A DNA stretch of 64,000 nucleotides, taken from assembly GCA_038244725.1 (NCBI GenBank), contig JBBRTF010000005.1, positions 6,336-70,335 on the forward strand, in the 5' to 3' direction. This DNA is from Burkholderiales bacterium (GTDB lineage Bacteria; Pseudomonadota; Gammaproteobacteria; Burkholderiales; Usitatibacteraceae). A model generated the notes under the pieces. That model was not told the origin of the DNA. It saw only the letters and a list, made by a program, of their open reading frames with translations, and did not search any database. Positions 27,022 through 35,692 of the stretch are shown in pieces (position 1 is the stretch's first letter; each line of letters starts with the position of its first letter). A program made the translations under genes and the position numbers.

Positions 27022-28680
27022 ATGATCCGCATCGCGCTCGTCCTCGCCGCAGCATTCCTCGCCGTCGCCGCGCCCGCGCGCGCCGAAATGAGCACGGTCT
27101 GCACCGTCACCGTCAATTCGCCCGACGAGCGCGAGACGTTCCGCCGCTACCTGCCGGAGGACAAGTTCCGCTTCGTGGAGCTGGTGGAGCGCGGCCGCCC
27201 CGACTGGCTCGCCTCGGCGTGCCGGCAGAAGGTGCGCTGCGACGTGCTCATCGTCTCCGGGCACTTCGCCGGCACCGAGTTCTACTCGTCGAGCTTCGAG
27301 GTGAACGAGTCCCTGCCGGTGGACGAGATGGAGCGGGCGCAATGCAGCGCCTCGTGCCCGGGGCTCTTCTCCGGGCTGAAGGAGGTCTACCTCTTCGGCT
27401 GCGATACGCTCAAGCCCGAGCCCGTGAAAAGCGCCATGCCGGAAGTGATCCGCAGGCTGCTTCGCTCCGGGCGCACGCGCGTGGAGGCCGAGGCGGCGGC
27501 GCGCGCCCTGAGCGAAAGGCACGGCGAGGCGAGCCGCGACCTCATGCGGCGCATCTTCTGGAACGTGCCGGTGATCTACGGCTTCCAGTCGCTCGCGCCC
27601 TATGGGCGCGTCGCCGGACCCATGCTCGAGCGCTACTTCGAGGCGGGAGGCGCTGCGGACGTGGGGAGCGCTCGCCCGAGCGAGGCGCTCCTCAAGCTCT
27701 TCGGGCCGGCCAGCATGACGGTGGCCGCGGGCCTCGACGATTCCGATCCGAACGCGGATTTCCGGGCGCAGGCGTGCCGCTACTACGACGATCGGCTCAC
27801 GCCCGCGGAAAAGCTCGGGCCGATACACGCGACGATGCGCGGCGGCGGGGCCGAGTTGCGCATGTCCTTCGACCGCATCGAGCGTTTCTTCGAGTCCCTG
27901 AGCGAAGGCGAGCGCGAGGATCCTTCCTACGTGAGCGCGCTCGGCGCTCTCGCCCGCGACCGGGGCACGCGCTCCCGCTACCTCGGGATGCTGCGCGACA
28001 CCGAGGACGCGGCGCTGCGCGTGCGCATGGTCGCGCTCGCGCGCTCGGTCGGCTGGCTCACCGCCGACGAGCAACGCGCGGAGCTCGGGCGCACGATCGC
28101 CGACGTGCTCGCTTCGGGCTCCGCGAGCTACGGAGACGTCGATCTAATCTGCACTCTCAACAAGGATCACGCCCTGGACGTGGAGCTGCGCCAGGTGATG
28201 GCCTCGGGCCCGGGCGCGACGCGCACGCTGCGCGACGCGGCGCGTGCGTGCCTGGGCAGCACCGATGCGCGCGCGCAAGTGCTGAAGGCCCTCGCGAGCC
28301 CGCACGAAGAGGACGTTCGCGTCGCCCAGGCGTACCTGCGCCACCAGCCGATCGTCGCCGAGGACGAGCTGCGCGGCGCCGCGCTCACCATCGCGAAGAT
28401 GCCCGGCTCGAGCGCCCAGGTGCGCGCGTTGGAGACGCTGGCGCGCCATCGCATCGGCGATCGCGAGGTGCTGGACGAGCTCTCGCGCCTCTACAGGCGG
28501 GCCTCCCTGCCGGGCGTGCAGCGCGCCGTCGCGGAAATCTTCATCCGGTCGGGCGACCGTTCGCTCGACACGCCCGAGTTCGTCGCGTTCCTGCGCAACT
28601 ACCGCCTGCCGTCGGGCGGCAACGACCTCGTGGACGTGCTCATCGCGCAGCTTCAGGTGCAGATGGAAAACGCGCGATAA
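27022..28680 (+). CDS. secreted protein, N-terminal domain with His/Cys dyad pattern, C-terminal HEAT-like repeats
   Basis: Start at MIRIALVLAAAFLAVAAPARA (signal peptide). Motifs CDVLIVSGHFAG (H81) and EVYLFGCDTL (C127). The C-terminal helical repeats include ARAQVLKALASPHEEDVRVAQAYLRH. I recall no family. Confidence 0.6.
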   Translation: MIRIALVLAAAFLAVAAPARAEMSTVCTVTVNSPDERETFRRYLPEDKFRFVELVERGRPDWLASACRQKVRCDVLIVSGHFAGTEFYSSSFEVNESLPVDEMERAQCSASCPGLFSGLKEVYLFGCDTLKPEPVKSAMPEVIRRLLRSGRTRVEAEAAARALSERHGEASRDLMRRIFWNVPVIYGFQSLAPYGRVAGPMLERYFEAGGAADVGSARPSEALLKLFGPASMTVAAGLDDSDPNADFRAQACRYYDDRLTPAEKLGPIHATMRGGGAELRMSFDRIERFFESLSEGEREDPSYVSALGALARDRGTRSRYLGMLRDTEDAALRVRMVALARSVGWLTADEQRAELGRTIADVLASGSASYGDVDLICTLNKDHALDVELRQVMASGPGATRTLRDAARACLGSTDARAQVLKALASPHEEDVRVAQAYLRHQPIVAEDELRGAALTIAKMPGSSAQVRALETLARHRIGDREVLDELSRLYRRASLPGVQRAVAEIFIRSGDRSLDTPEFVAFLRNYRLPSGGNDLVDVLIAQLQVQMENAR

Positions 28681-28769
28681 CCCTTCGCCGTGGCGCGGGC
28701 GCATACTGGGAGTGCCGGTCAGCCTCGTCATGGCTTTTCGCCGTGGCGGCCGACTCGGAAGGACGAGAC

Positions 28770-29030
28770 ATGCCGAGCCCCATTTCCGCGCAGGACCTCT
28801 ACGACCACCTCGTGCGCGAGTTCGCCAAGGTGCGCTCCGACAAATGCCGCACGTGCACCGTGCCCAAGCCGTTCTGGGGGCCGTCGGCGGGCAACGGCAC
28901 GGGCTACTGGTACATGGAACCCGGCACCCAATGCCCGCACGGCTGCCGCCAGCTGATCGCGCAGATCTGGGCCAAGGCGACGACGGACTACGACATCACC
29001 AACGTCACGCGCGTCGCCATCGTCGGCTGA
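28770..29030 (+). CDS. 86-aa hypothetical protein with CxxC...CxxxC
   Basis: GGAAGGA RBS before ATG 28770. The sequence MPSPISAQDLYDHLVREFAKVRSDKCRTCTVPKPFWG...CPHGCRQLIAQIW has protein-like composition at the tail of shadow ORF 27219..29030. Confidence 0.5.
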   Translation: MPSPISAQDLYDHLVREFAKVRSDKCRTCTVPKPFWGPSAGNGTGYWYMEPGTQCPHGCRQLIAQIWAKATTDYDITNVTRVAIVG

Positions 29031-29049
29031 CGCGGTTCACCCAAGAAGG

Positions 29050-30111
29050 TCACTTCAGCAGGAGCTTCTGCACCCGCCAGTTGAGGAGCTCCGCGACGAA
29101 GACCACGTGCTCCGAAGGGCACGCGATCTCGTGGATCCAGCCGAATTGCTTCGATTGCTTGCCGGATTCGCCGAGCACGCCGAGCACCTTGCCGTCCAGG
29201 CTCAGCTTGTAGAGGCGTCCGGGATAGGCGTCGGACGTGAAGAGCACCGGGTTCGGTCCCGGCGTGATGCAAAGCGTCCAGGGGGCGCCCGGCGCGAACG
29301 TGCCCTGGCGAGCGTTGGGATCGGGCTTGTTGCCGATCGCCGGGCGCGCGGCCGGATCGAAGGGCACGTCGATCGTCATGGAGCGCAGGAACTTCCCGTC
29401 GCTGTCGAACACCTGGATGCGCCGGTTGAAGCGGTCGGCCACGTAGATGTTGCCGTGCGCGTCGGCGGCGATGTTGTGCGGCGTGTTGAACTGCCCCGGC
29501 TCCGTGCCGCGCTCGCCCCACGACTTCAGCCAGTTGCCGTTCTTGTCGGCCTTCGCGACGCGGGAGTTGATGTAGCCGTCGCTGATGTAGATATTGCCCT
29601 GTGGATCCCAGGTGACGTCGGTCACCTGGCGGAAGCGCCCGTCCTCCGCCGGAAGCGGCGGCTTCGGATGCTTCACGGGCCCCGTCTCCTCGTCGGAGGC
29701 TTCCTGCTTGCGCCCGAACACCATCACCACCCGGCCTTCGGGATTGAACTTCACCACCATGTCCGAGCCCTTGTCGACGGCCCAGATGTTGTCGTCCTTG
29801 TCGACGCGCACCGAATGAGCGAACGACCACGCGTACAGGTTCTTGCCGATCTCGCGCAGGAAGCGCCCGTCGGGCGCGAATTCCAGCAGCTGTGCGGCGG
29901 CCGCGGCATAGGCAGGCCCGGTCGTGTTGCCGCGCGAGAAGACGTAGATGTTGCCCTTCGAGTTCACCGCCACCCCGGTCACTTCGCCCAGGTGCATGTC
30001 CTTCGGGAGCTTGATGGGGTCGGGCACGGACTCGAACTCGATCACCGGGACTTGCTGGGCGAACGAAGACGATGCGGACATGATGAAAAGTGCGGCGAGC
30101 CAGCGCTTCAT
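29050..30111 (-). CDS. secreted NHL-repeat beta-propeller protein (peptidylglycine-lyase-like)
   Basis: Signal peptide MKRWLAALFIMSASSSFA. Repeats: GNIYVFSRG, DNIWAVDKG, GNIYISDGY, GNIYVADRFNRRIQVF. Confidence 0.8.
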   Translation of the reverse strand: MKRWLAALFIMSASSSFAQQVPVIEFESVPDPIKLPKDMHLGEVTGVAVNSKGNIYVFSRGNTTGPAYAAAAAQLLEFAPDGRFLREIGKNLYAWSFAHSVRVDKDDNIWAVDKGSDMVVKFNPEGRVVMVFGRKQEASDEETGPVKHPKPPLPAEDGRFRQVTDVTWDPQGNIYISDGYINSRVAKADKNGNWLKSWGERGTEPGQFNTPHNIAADAHGNIYVADRFNRRIQVFDSDGKFLRSMTIDVPFDPAARPAIGNKPDPNARQGTFAPGAPWTLCITPGPNPVLFTSDAYPGRLYKLSLDGKVLGVLGESGKQSKQFGWIHEIACPSEHVVFVAELLNWRVQKLLLK

Positions 30112-30321
30112 GGAGCCTCCGGGGGAAATGGGGACGTGGCGCGCACGATTCTGTCACAGCCCGCCGCCTGCCGGGATCGCAGCGCCCGCTCGACACGCTC
30201 GAGCCTTTCGCCGACGTCTTCCGCGCGGCATGCTCGCGCCGCCGGCCCGTTCGGGGTCGAGCTCGTGATCCGAGGGCGCATTCCGCGCTAGAGTTACGCC
30301 ATCCAGCGCGAAAGGTTGATC

Positions 30322-32229
30322 ATGCAACGATTGGTAACATTGGGCGTGGTGCTGCTCGTCGGCGCGTGCGGTGGGGGAGGCGGGGGCGGTTCGAGCGGCA
30401 CGCCCGCGCCGCCGGCGGCGTTCACCGATCCCGTCACCTATGCGAGCAACCCTCTCGCGTCGCTCGCGAGCGCCGACGAGATCACCGCCGTCTCGCGCCA
30501 CCAGATCGTGCTCGGCGGCATCACGCTCAACTACACCGCCACCGCGGGCCACATGACGGCGCGCTCGCCCGGCAGCGGCGCGCCCGAGGCCTCGTTCTTC
30601 TACGTCGCGTACACGGCGGACGGGCGCGACCCGGCCACGCGGCCGGTCACGTTCTTCTACAACGGCGGCCCCGGCTCGGCGACGGTGTGGCTGCACCTGG
30701 GCTCCTTCGGTCCCCGGCGGCTCGCCGCCGGCGCGCCGTCCACCAGCGTGCCCACGCCCTTTGCGCTGGTGGACAACGCGGAAAGCCTCCTCGACGTGAG
30801 CGATCTGGTCTTCGTGGATGCGATCGGCGCCGGCTTCTCGGAGGCGATCGCCCCCAATACCAACGCATCGTTCTTCGGCGTGGACGCCGACGCGGCGGTG
30901 TTCCGCGACTTCGTGATGCGCTACGTGGCGCTCAACGGCCGGGCGCAATCGCCCAAGTTCCTCTTCGGCGAGTCGTACGGCACGACGCGAAGCGCCGTGC
31001 TCGCCAACCTCCTGGAGAGCGCCGGCGTCGCGCTGAAAGGTATCGTGCTGCAGTCGTCCGCGCTCAACTACAACAGCAACTGCGGAATCACCGCGACGCC
31101 GCTCGTCCCGTGCACGGGCTACGTCCCGACGTACGCGTCCGTGGGCGCGTGGTACAACCTCGACCTACCCAACCCCGCGCCCGCGAACCTTCCCGCCTTC
31201 GTCGCGCAGGCGCGCACCCTCGCGAGCACGCAGTACGACCCGGCGGTGCGCCGCTTCATGTCCATGGCCGCGCCTCTCGACGCGGGATTGCTCGCGCAGC
31301 TCGCCAACACCACGGGCATGCCGGCATCGCGCTGGCAGGCGAAGCCCAACATGGACCCGGGCACATACCACGACAACCTCGTCGCGGACACGGTGATCGG
31401 CTATTACGACGCGCGCGTGAACGTGCCCGCGGGCTCGCCGCTCGCGGCGGAGCAGGATCCGTCGAGCACCTTCATCACGCCGTCCTTTGCGCAGGCCATC
31501 ACGCAGTACCTCGCCAACGACCTTCGCTACACGACGCCGTCGAATTACGTGCTCCTCGCCAACTCCACGATCCGCAACTGGAATTTCACGCACGACGGCG
31601 CGCAGCTCCCCGACACCGTTCCCGATCTCGCCGCGGCGTTCGCGCACAATCCGAAGCTCAAGGTGTTCTCGGCCAACGGCTACCACGACCTGGTGACGCC
31701 CTTCTATACGACCGAGATGGACCTCGCGCGCCTCGGCGCCAATCCCAACATCACGGTCCGCTTCTACAGCGGCGGGCACATGACCTACCTGGACGACGCG
31801 GCGCGGGTGCAGCAGAGGGCCGACCTCGCGCAGTTCTACCAGTCGGCCATCGCGGCGGCGAAGGTCTCGATTCCCGGCGTGCCCGCCAGCGCGGCGTTCG
31901 AGACGCGCCCGCCCGACGCCGCGGCGATGCCGCCCGCGGTGATGGATGGGCCGCTGCCGCGCCTGCAGGTCCCGCCGCAGCTGCGCAAGGCGAAGCCCGC
32001 GCCCGCCACCGAGGGCGAGGCGCTGCGTCTGCAGGTGGAGCGCAAGATCCGCCAGGGCTTCGACGCGGCGGACACGGACGGGAAAGGCTTCCTCACGCTC
32101 GATGAGGCGCGCGCCGCGGGCCTGGGCTATGTGGTGCGCAATTTCGAGGCGATCGACGAGCGGCGCGCGGGACGCGTGAGCTTCGACGACGTGAGGCGCT
32201 ACATGCACGACGAAGGCTCCCGCTACTAG
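30322..32229 (+). CDS. S10 serine-carboxypeptidase-family lipoprotein with C-terminal EF-hand pair
   Basis: ATG 30322 follows AAAGG (the track starts at TTG 30316). Lipobox LLVGAC. Motifs: FFYNGGPGSA, FGESYG (nucleophile), YSGGHMTY. EF-hand DTDGKGFLTLDE plus a second degenerate loop. Confidence 0.75.
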   Translation: MQRLVTLGVVLLVGACGGGGGGGSSGTPAPPAAFTDPVTYASNPLASLASADEITAVSRHQIVLGGITLNYTATAGHMTARSPGSGAPEASFFYVAYTADGRDPATRPVTFFYNGGPGSATVWLHLGSFGPRRLAAGAPSTSVPTPFALVDNAESLLDVSDLVFVDAIGAGFSEAIAPNTNASFFGVDADAAVFRDFVMRYVALNGRAQSPKFLFGESYGTTRSAVLANLLESAGVALKGIVLQSSALNYNSNCGITATPLVPCTGYVPTYASVGAWYNLDLPNPAPANLPAFVAQARTLASTQYDPAVRRFMSMAAPLDAGLLAQLANTTGMPASRWQAKPNMDPGTYHDNLVADTVIGYYDARVNVPAGSPLAAEQDPSSTFITPSFAQAITQYLANDLRYTTPSNYVLLANSTIRNWNFTHDGAQLPDTVPDLAAAFAHNPKLKVFSANGYHDLVTPFYTTEMDLARLGANPNITVRFYSGGHMTYLDDAARVQQRADLAQFYQSAIAAAKVSIPGVPASAAFETRPPDAAAMPPAVMDGPLPRLQVPPQLRKAKPAPATEGEALRLQVERKIRQGFDAADTDGKGFLTLDEARAAGLGYVVRNFEAIDERRAGRVSFDDVRRYMHDEGSRY

Positions 32230-32245
32230 CGCCGGGCCGCGCGCG

Positions 32246-32452
32246 CTACCCGGCCCGGCCGGCCTGCAGGTATTCCTTCACTTTCTGCGCCGAGGGCCCC
32301 ACCGCCTGCACGGCGGCAACGAGCTTGTCTTCGGTGGTGAGCAGGGCCTTGCACCAGAAGGCGAGCTCGGCGGCGCTCTCGATCTCGATGGTACGAGGAT
32401 CGTTGCCGCGGAAGCTGTTGTCGATCGCCGCCTCGCGTTTCCGGTCGCCCAT
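32246..32452 (-). CDS. DUF3606-family small protein
   Basis: Start at MGDRKREAAIDNS (ATG 32452-32450). The motif IEIESAAELAFWCKALLTTEDKLVAAVQAVGPSAQKVKEYL fits the DUF3606 pattern from recall. Confidence 0.6.
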   Translation of the reverse strand: MGDRKREAAIDNSFRGNDPRTIEIESAAELAFWCKALLTTEDKLVAAVQAVGPSAQKVKEYLQAGRAG

Positions 32453-32633
32453 GGTCTTGATGCAATCCCGTAGTGCGGTACGGCATTCTAGCGGGTTTGC
32501 GCGAACGCCGATTGCCGCGACTGGAAAGAATTGCCGTGAGCGGTCGAGGCAACGGTCGTTCCTGGGCGCCACGCCATCCCCCGAGCGAGCCATCCGCGAA
32601 TGGGCCAAGGGAACGATGCGCCGCCATGGACAA

Positions 32634-32647
32634 CGTACCTTGGTACG
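32634..32647. promoter_or_regulatory. candidate MerR-type operator (6-2-6 perfect palindrome with GTAC cores)
   Basis: CGTACC-tt-GGTACG lies 54 nt upstream of the MerR-family gene start. Confidence 0.35.
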
Positions 32648-32700
32648 GCTTATATCCTGACTGGGGTCTCGCGTGAAAAAATCCTAAGGAGTGAGGGCCG

Positions 32701-33099
32701 GTGCAGGAAGGCGTCACCATCGGGCGGCTGGCGAAAGCGGCGGGCGTGAACGTCGAGACGATCCGCTACTACCAACGCCGGGGCCTCATCGGCGAGCCGA
32801 ACAAGCCCCCGGGCGGCCACCGGCGCTATTCCCCGGCCGTGATGCAACAGATCGCGTTCATCCGCCGCGCGCAGCAGCTCGGATTCTCGCTCGCCGAGGT
32901 GAAGGGCCTCATGGATCTCTCCGATTGCCGCAACCCGAAGGCCACGCGCCTCATCGCGGAGAAGAAGCACGCGAGCCTCGAGCTGCACATCGCCCAGCTC
33001 ACGGCCATGCGCAGGAAGCTGAAGTCCCTGATCGACAAGTCGCGCAGGGCGCCGAAAGGTCGGTGCCCGATCATCGAGGCGCTGAGCTCGGACCCCTGA
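32701..33099 (+). CDS. MerR-family transcriptional regulator
   Basis: GTG start preceded by AAGGAG. The N-terminus IGRLAKAAGVNVETIRYYQRRGLIGEPNKPPGGHRRY is very MerR-like. It has only two Cys (DCRNP, GRCPII). Confidence 0.85.
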   Translation: MQEGVTIGRLAKAAGVNVETIRYYQRRGLIGEPNKPPGGHRRYSPAVMQQIAFIRRAQQLGFSLAEVKGLMDLSDCRNPKATRLIAEKKHASLELHIAQLTAMRRKLKSLIDKSRRAPKGRCPIIEALSSDP

Positions 33100-33273
33100 A
33101 CGCCCGCGCGGTTACGATACGGGGATGAAGATCCTCGAGAGCCGCGAAAAATACACCGCCCCCCGCGAATCCGCGCCCGCGCCTTTTCGTCTACGCTGCG
33201 GGCATCGCCCGGATCGCGCAGGTGGGGCCGTGAGGTCCCCGCAAGGGCATGACGGAGCCGAGCGCGTGAGTAG

Positions 33274-34497
33274 ATGAGCCCGAGCGTCTTCCGCGACCTC
33301 ACGATTGGGGGGGCCGTGTTCCTGGTCGGCTTGAGCCTTCTGGGGTTCGCCTTCTTCGGCGACGAATCGAGCTTCCGCGCGCCGCGCTGGGTGGTCGCCG
33401 CCGTGGCGCTCTCCTTCATGCTGAGCGGCGCGCTGCCGTTGAAGCACGCGATCGCCGAGGGCGGCATCCTTCCAAAAAACCTCTACGTGAATCTCGCGGT
33501 CTGCGCCGCGCTGGTGCTCTTCGCCCTCGCGAACGTGTGGCTCATGGTGGCCATCGGGCCCGAGGGCCTCGCGCTGGACCTCCCCTTGTCGCTGCCGGCC
33601 GAGCTCGACGACTGGGTGAAGAGCCTTTTCTTCTACGCGGTGACCGGCGTCGCGGCGGCGCTGAGCCTGGTCTACGCGATATCGATCTTCGGCAACGCGC
33701 TTCCCGCGCTCGGGCGCCCCGCGATCGTGGCCGTGGCCGCGCCCATCGCCGGCATCCTCGCGTGGGTGGCGATCGAGTGGTACTCCAAGGCGGCGCCGCC
33801 GCTGCCCCCGATCATGTACCTCTCCTTCGACCGGCGCTTTCCCGGCGACGACTATCTCGCGCACGCCGAAGGCGACGAGGTCATGGCGCGCGCGGGCAAG
33901 CAGGGAAGCGGGCTCTTCGTGGGCGGCAGCGGCGACTGGCTCGAGGTCGAGGCGCCACGCGGCTTCGACACGGGCCACGGCCTTACGCTGGAATTCTGGA
34001 TGAAGCGCGAGAGCTGGGTGAACCCCTACGTGAAAGGCAGCCGCTTCCAGACCGTCGCCACGGTCGAGGTGGAACGCGAGTACAAGGGCCATCCCGAGCT
34101 GCAGCAGATTTCCTTCTCGATGGAGCTCGCCGTGCCGCGCGAGCGCGAGAAGGAAAGGAACCTGCGCGCCGACTACTACGTGTTCCGGCCGGTGGCGCGC
34201 CTGGGAGAGGTGCGGGTCGCGACGGCCGGCTCGGTGAAGATCGCCGCCGAGCGCTGGACCCACGTCGCCGTGGTCTACGACCGCTTCCTCTTCGACCGCG
34301 TCCGCCTCTACGTGAACGGCCACCTGGTGGCGCGCGCGCTCCCCTTCGGGTCGGCGCCGGGCTTCGCCGACATTCGCAAGCTGCGCCTGGGCACCCTCTA
34401 CGAGAGGAACGGCGCATACCGCGGCATGATCGACGAGCTGAAGATCTACGCACGCACGCTCTCGGACGAGGAAATCGTCGCCGCCGCGTCGCGCTAG
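33274..34497 (+). CDS. polytopic membrane protein with C-terminal LamG/concanavalin-like (Laminin_G_3) domain
   Basis: 407 aa with about 5 N-terminal TM helices. Motifs: GLTLEFWMKRESW, WTHVAVVYDR...VRLYVNGHLVA, YRGMIDELKIYARTLSDEEI. Confidence 0.75.
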   Translation: MSPSVFRDLTIGGAVFLVGLSLLGFAFFGDESSFRAPRWVVAAVALSFMLSGALPLKHAIAEGGILPKNLYVNLAVCAALVLFALANVWLMVAIGPEGLALDLPLSLPAELDDWVKSLFFYAVTGVAAALSLVYAISIFGNALPALGRPAIVAVAAPIAGILAWVAIEWYSKAAPPLPPIMYLSFDRRFPGDDYLAHAEGDEVMARAGKQGSGLFVGGSGDWLEVEAPRGFDTGHGLTLEFWMKRESWVNPYVKGSRFQTVATVEVEREYKGHPELQQISFSMELAVPREREKERNLRADYYVFRPVARLGEVRVATAGSVKIAAERWTHVAVVYDRFLFDRVRLYVNGHLVARALPFGSAPGFADIRKLRLGTLYERNGAYRGMIDELKIYARTLSDEEIVAAASR

Positions 34498-34581
34498 GTC
34501 GCCTCCCACCTACGCGGGTGGTTCGTGGCCACCGGGCAAGGCGCACGATCGAGCGCTCACCCTGGCCGAAAGGAGAGCCCG

Positions 34582-35448
34582 ATGCTCACACGTCACGTCG
34601 CCCTCGTCACCGAGCAATCGAAGGTCACCATGCGCGAGCTCTCCGCGGTCGCCGCGGCGCTCCAGAAGCAGGCCACGCGCGACCTGGGCCCCATCTGGCA
34701 GATCGAGTCCACCGTGACCGCGTTCCAGAAGCTCGAGGACCTGCCGCTCGACTACTGGCCCGTCATCCTGAAGGACGACATCGGCGACCCGAGCGCGGCC
34801 GGCTATCACGAGGACGAGAACGGCCAGCCCTTCTCCCTGGTGGAGTACTCGCGTGGCTGGACCCTCACCGCGAGCCACGAGGTGCTCGAGATGCTGGTGG
34901 ACCCGTTCGGTCGGCGCATGGTCGCCGGCCAGTCGCCAGTGAAGGGCCAGGGCCGCGTGCGCTTCCTGCTGGAGGTGTGCGATCCGAGCGAGGCGGAGAA
35001 GTACTCGTACCACGTGAACGGCATCACCGTGAGCGACTTCTACACGCCGCATTTCTTCGACCCGAAGAAGAGCGAGGGCGTGCGCTACAGCTTCACAGAG
35101 TCGATCACGGAGCCCAAGCAGGTGCTGCCCGGCGGCTACCTCAGCTGGTACAACTCCGAAAAGCGCGAGTGGTGGCAGCGCACGTATTTCGGCGCGAAGC
35201 CCTCCGACACGCGGCTCGCGGGCTTCAAGGCGAGGAACGGCAACCTGCGCGAGGCGCTCGACCGCTTTACGGAGGTGGCGCGCGCACGCGCCACGGGCCG
35301 CCCGGCGCCGCTCGCTGGGGGCACGGCGAAGTCGCGGCTGGCGTCCATGGCACGGCGCGCGCAGGATGCGAGTGGAGCGCTTCCCGCGTTCCCGCAGCGG
35401 GCGAAGAGCCTGCGTGAAACCATCGCCGCGGTGAGCCGTCGAAAATAG
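34582..35448 (+). CDS. hypothetical cytoplasmic protein (288 aa), unknown family
   Basis: AAGGAGAG RBS before ATG 34582. Protein-like composition. Conserved-looking blocks: AAGYHEDENGQPFSLVEY and WTLTASHEVLEMLVDPFG. Confidence 0.65.
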   Translation: MLTRHVALVTEQSKVTMRELSAVAAALQKQATRDLGPIWQIESTVTAFQKLEDLPLDYWPVILKDDIGDPSAAGYHEDENGQPFSLVEYSRGWTLTASHEVLEMLVDPFGRRMVAGQSPVKGQGRVRFLLEVCDPSEAEKYSYHVNGITVSDFYTPHFFDPKKSEGVRYSFTESITEPKQVLPGGYLSWYNSEKREWWQRTYFGAKPSDTRLAGFKARNGNLREALDRFTEVARARATGRPAPLAGGTAKSRLASMARRAQDASGALPAFPQRAKSLRETIAAVSRRK

Positions 35449-35451
35449 GCC

Positions 35452-35622
35452 ATGCCGAAGGAACCCAAGCCCACCCCCGCGCAAAACCGGCGCGCTGCCC
35501 GGCTGCGGGGTCTCATCGAGAGCGCCGCCGAAGGCAGCGTTGCGCCCGCGCCGAAGACGCCGCGCGAAATCACCGACGAGGCCGCGCGCGAGAAGCGGGC
35601 GCGGCTGCGGAAGCAAAAGTAG
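35452..35622 (+). CDS. possible 56-aa basic protein
   Basis: The ATG lies 3 nt after the upstream stop. Sequence MPKEPKPTPAQNRRAARLRGLIESAAEGSVAPAPKTPREITDEAAREKRARLRKQK*. It is below the track size cut-off, and coding status is uncertain. Confidence 0.35.
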   Translation: MPKEPKPTPAQNRRAARLRGLIESAAEGSVAPAPKTPREITDEAAREKRARLRKQK

Positions 35623-35692
35623 GGCGCATTCGCGCGATGCACCCGTCCTGTACGATTTCGTGCCGGGATTCGCGCCATCGAAGGGGAGCAGC

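Noticed and set aside
32701-33099. Mercury-resistance locus
   Set aside because: The regulator is MerR-like, but it has only two Cys and no merT/merP/merA or efflux gene is nearby.
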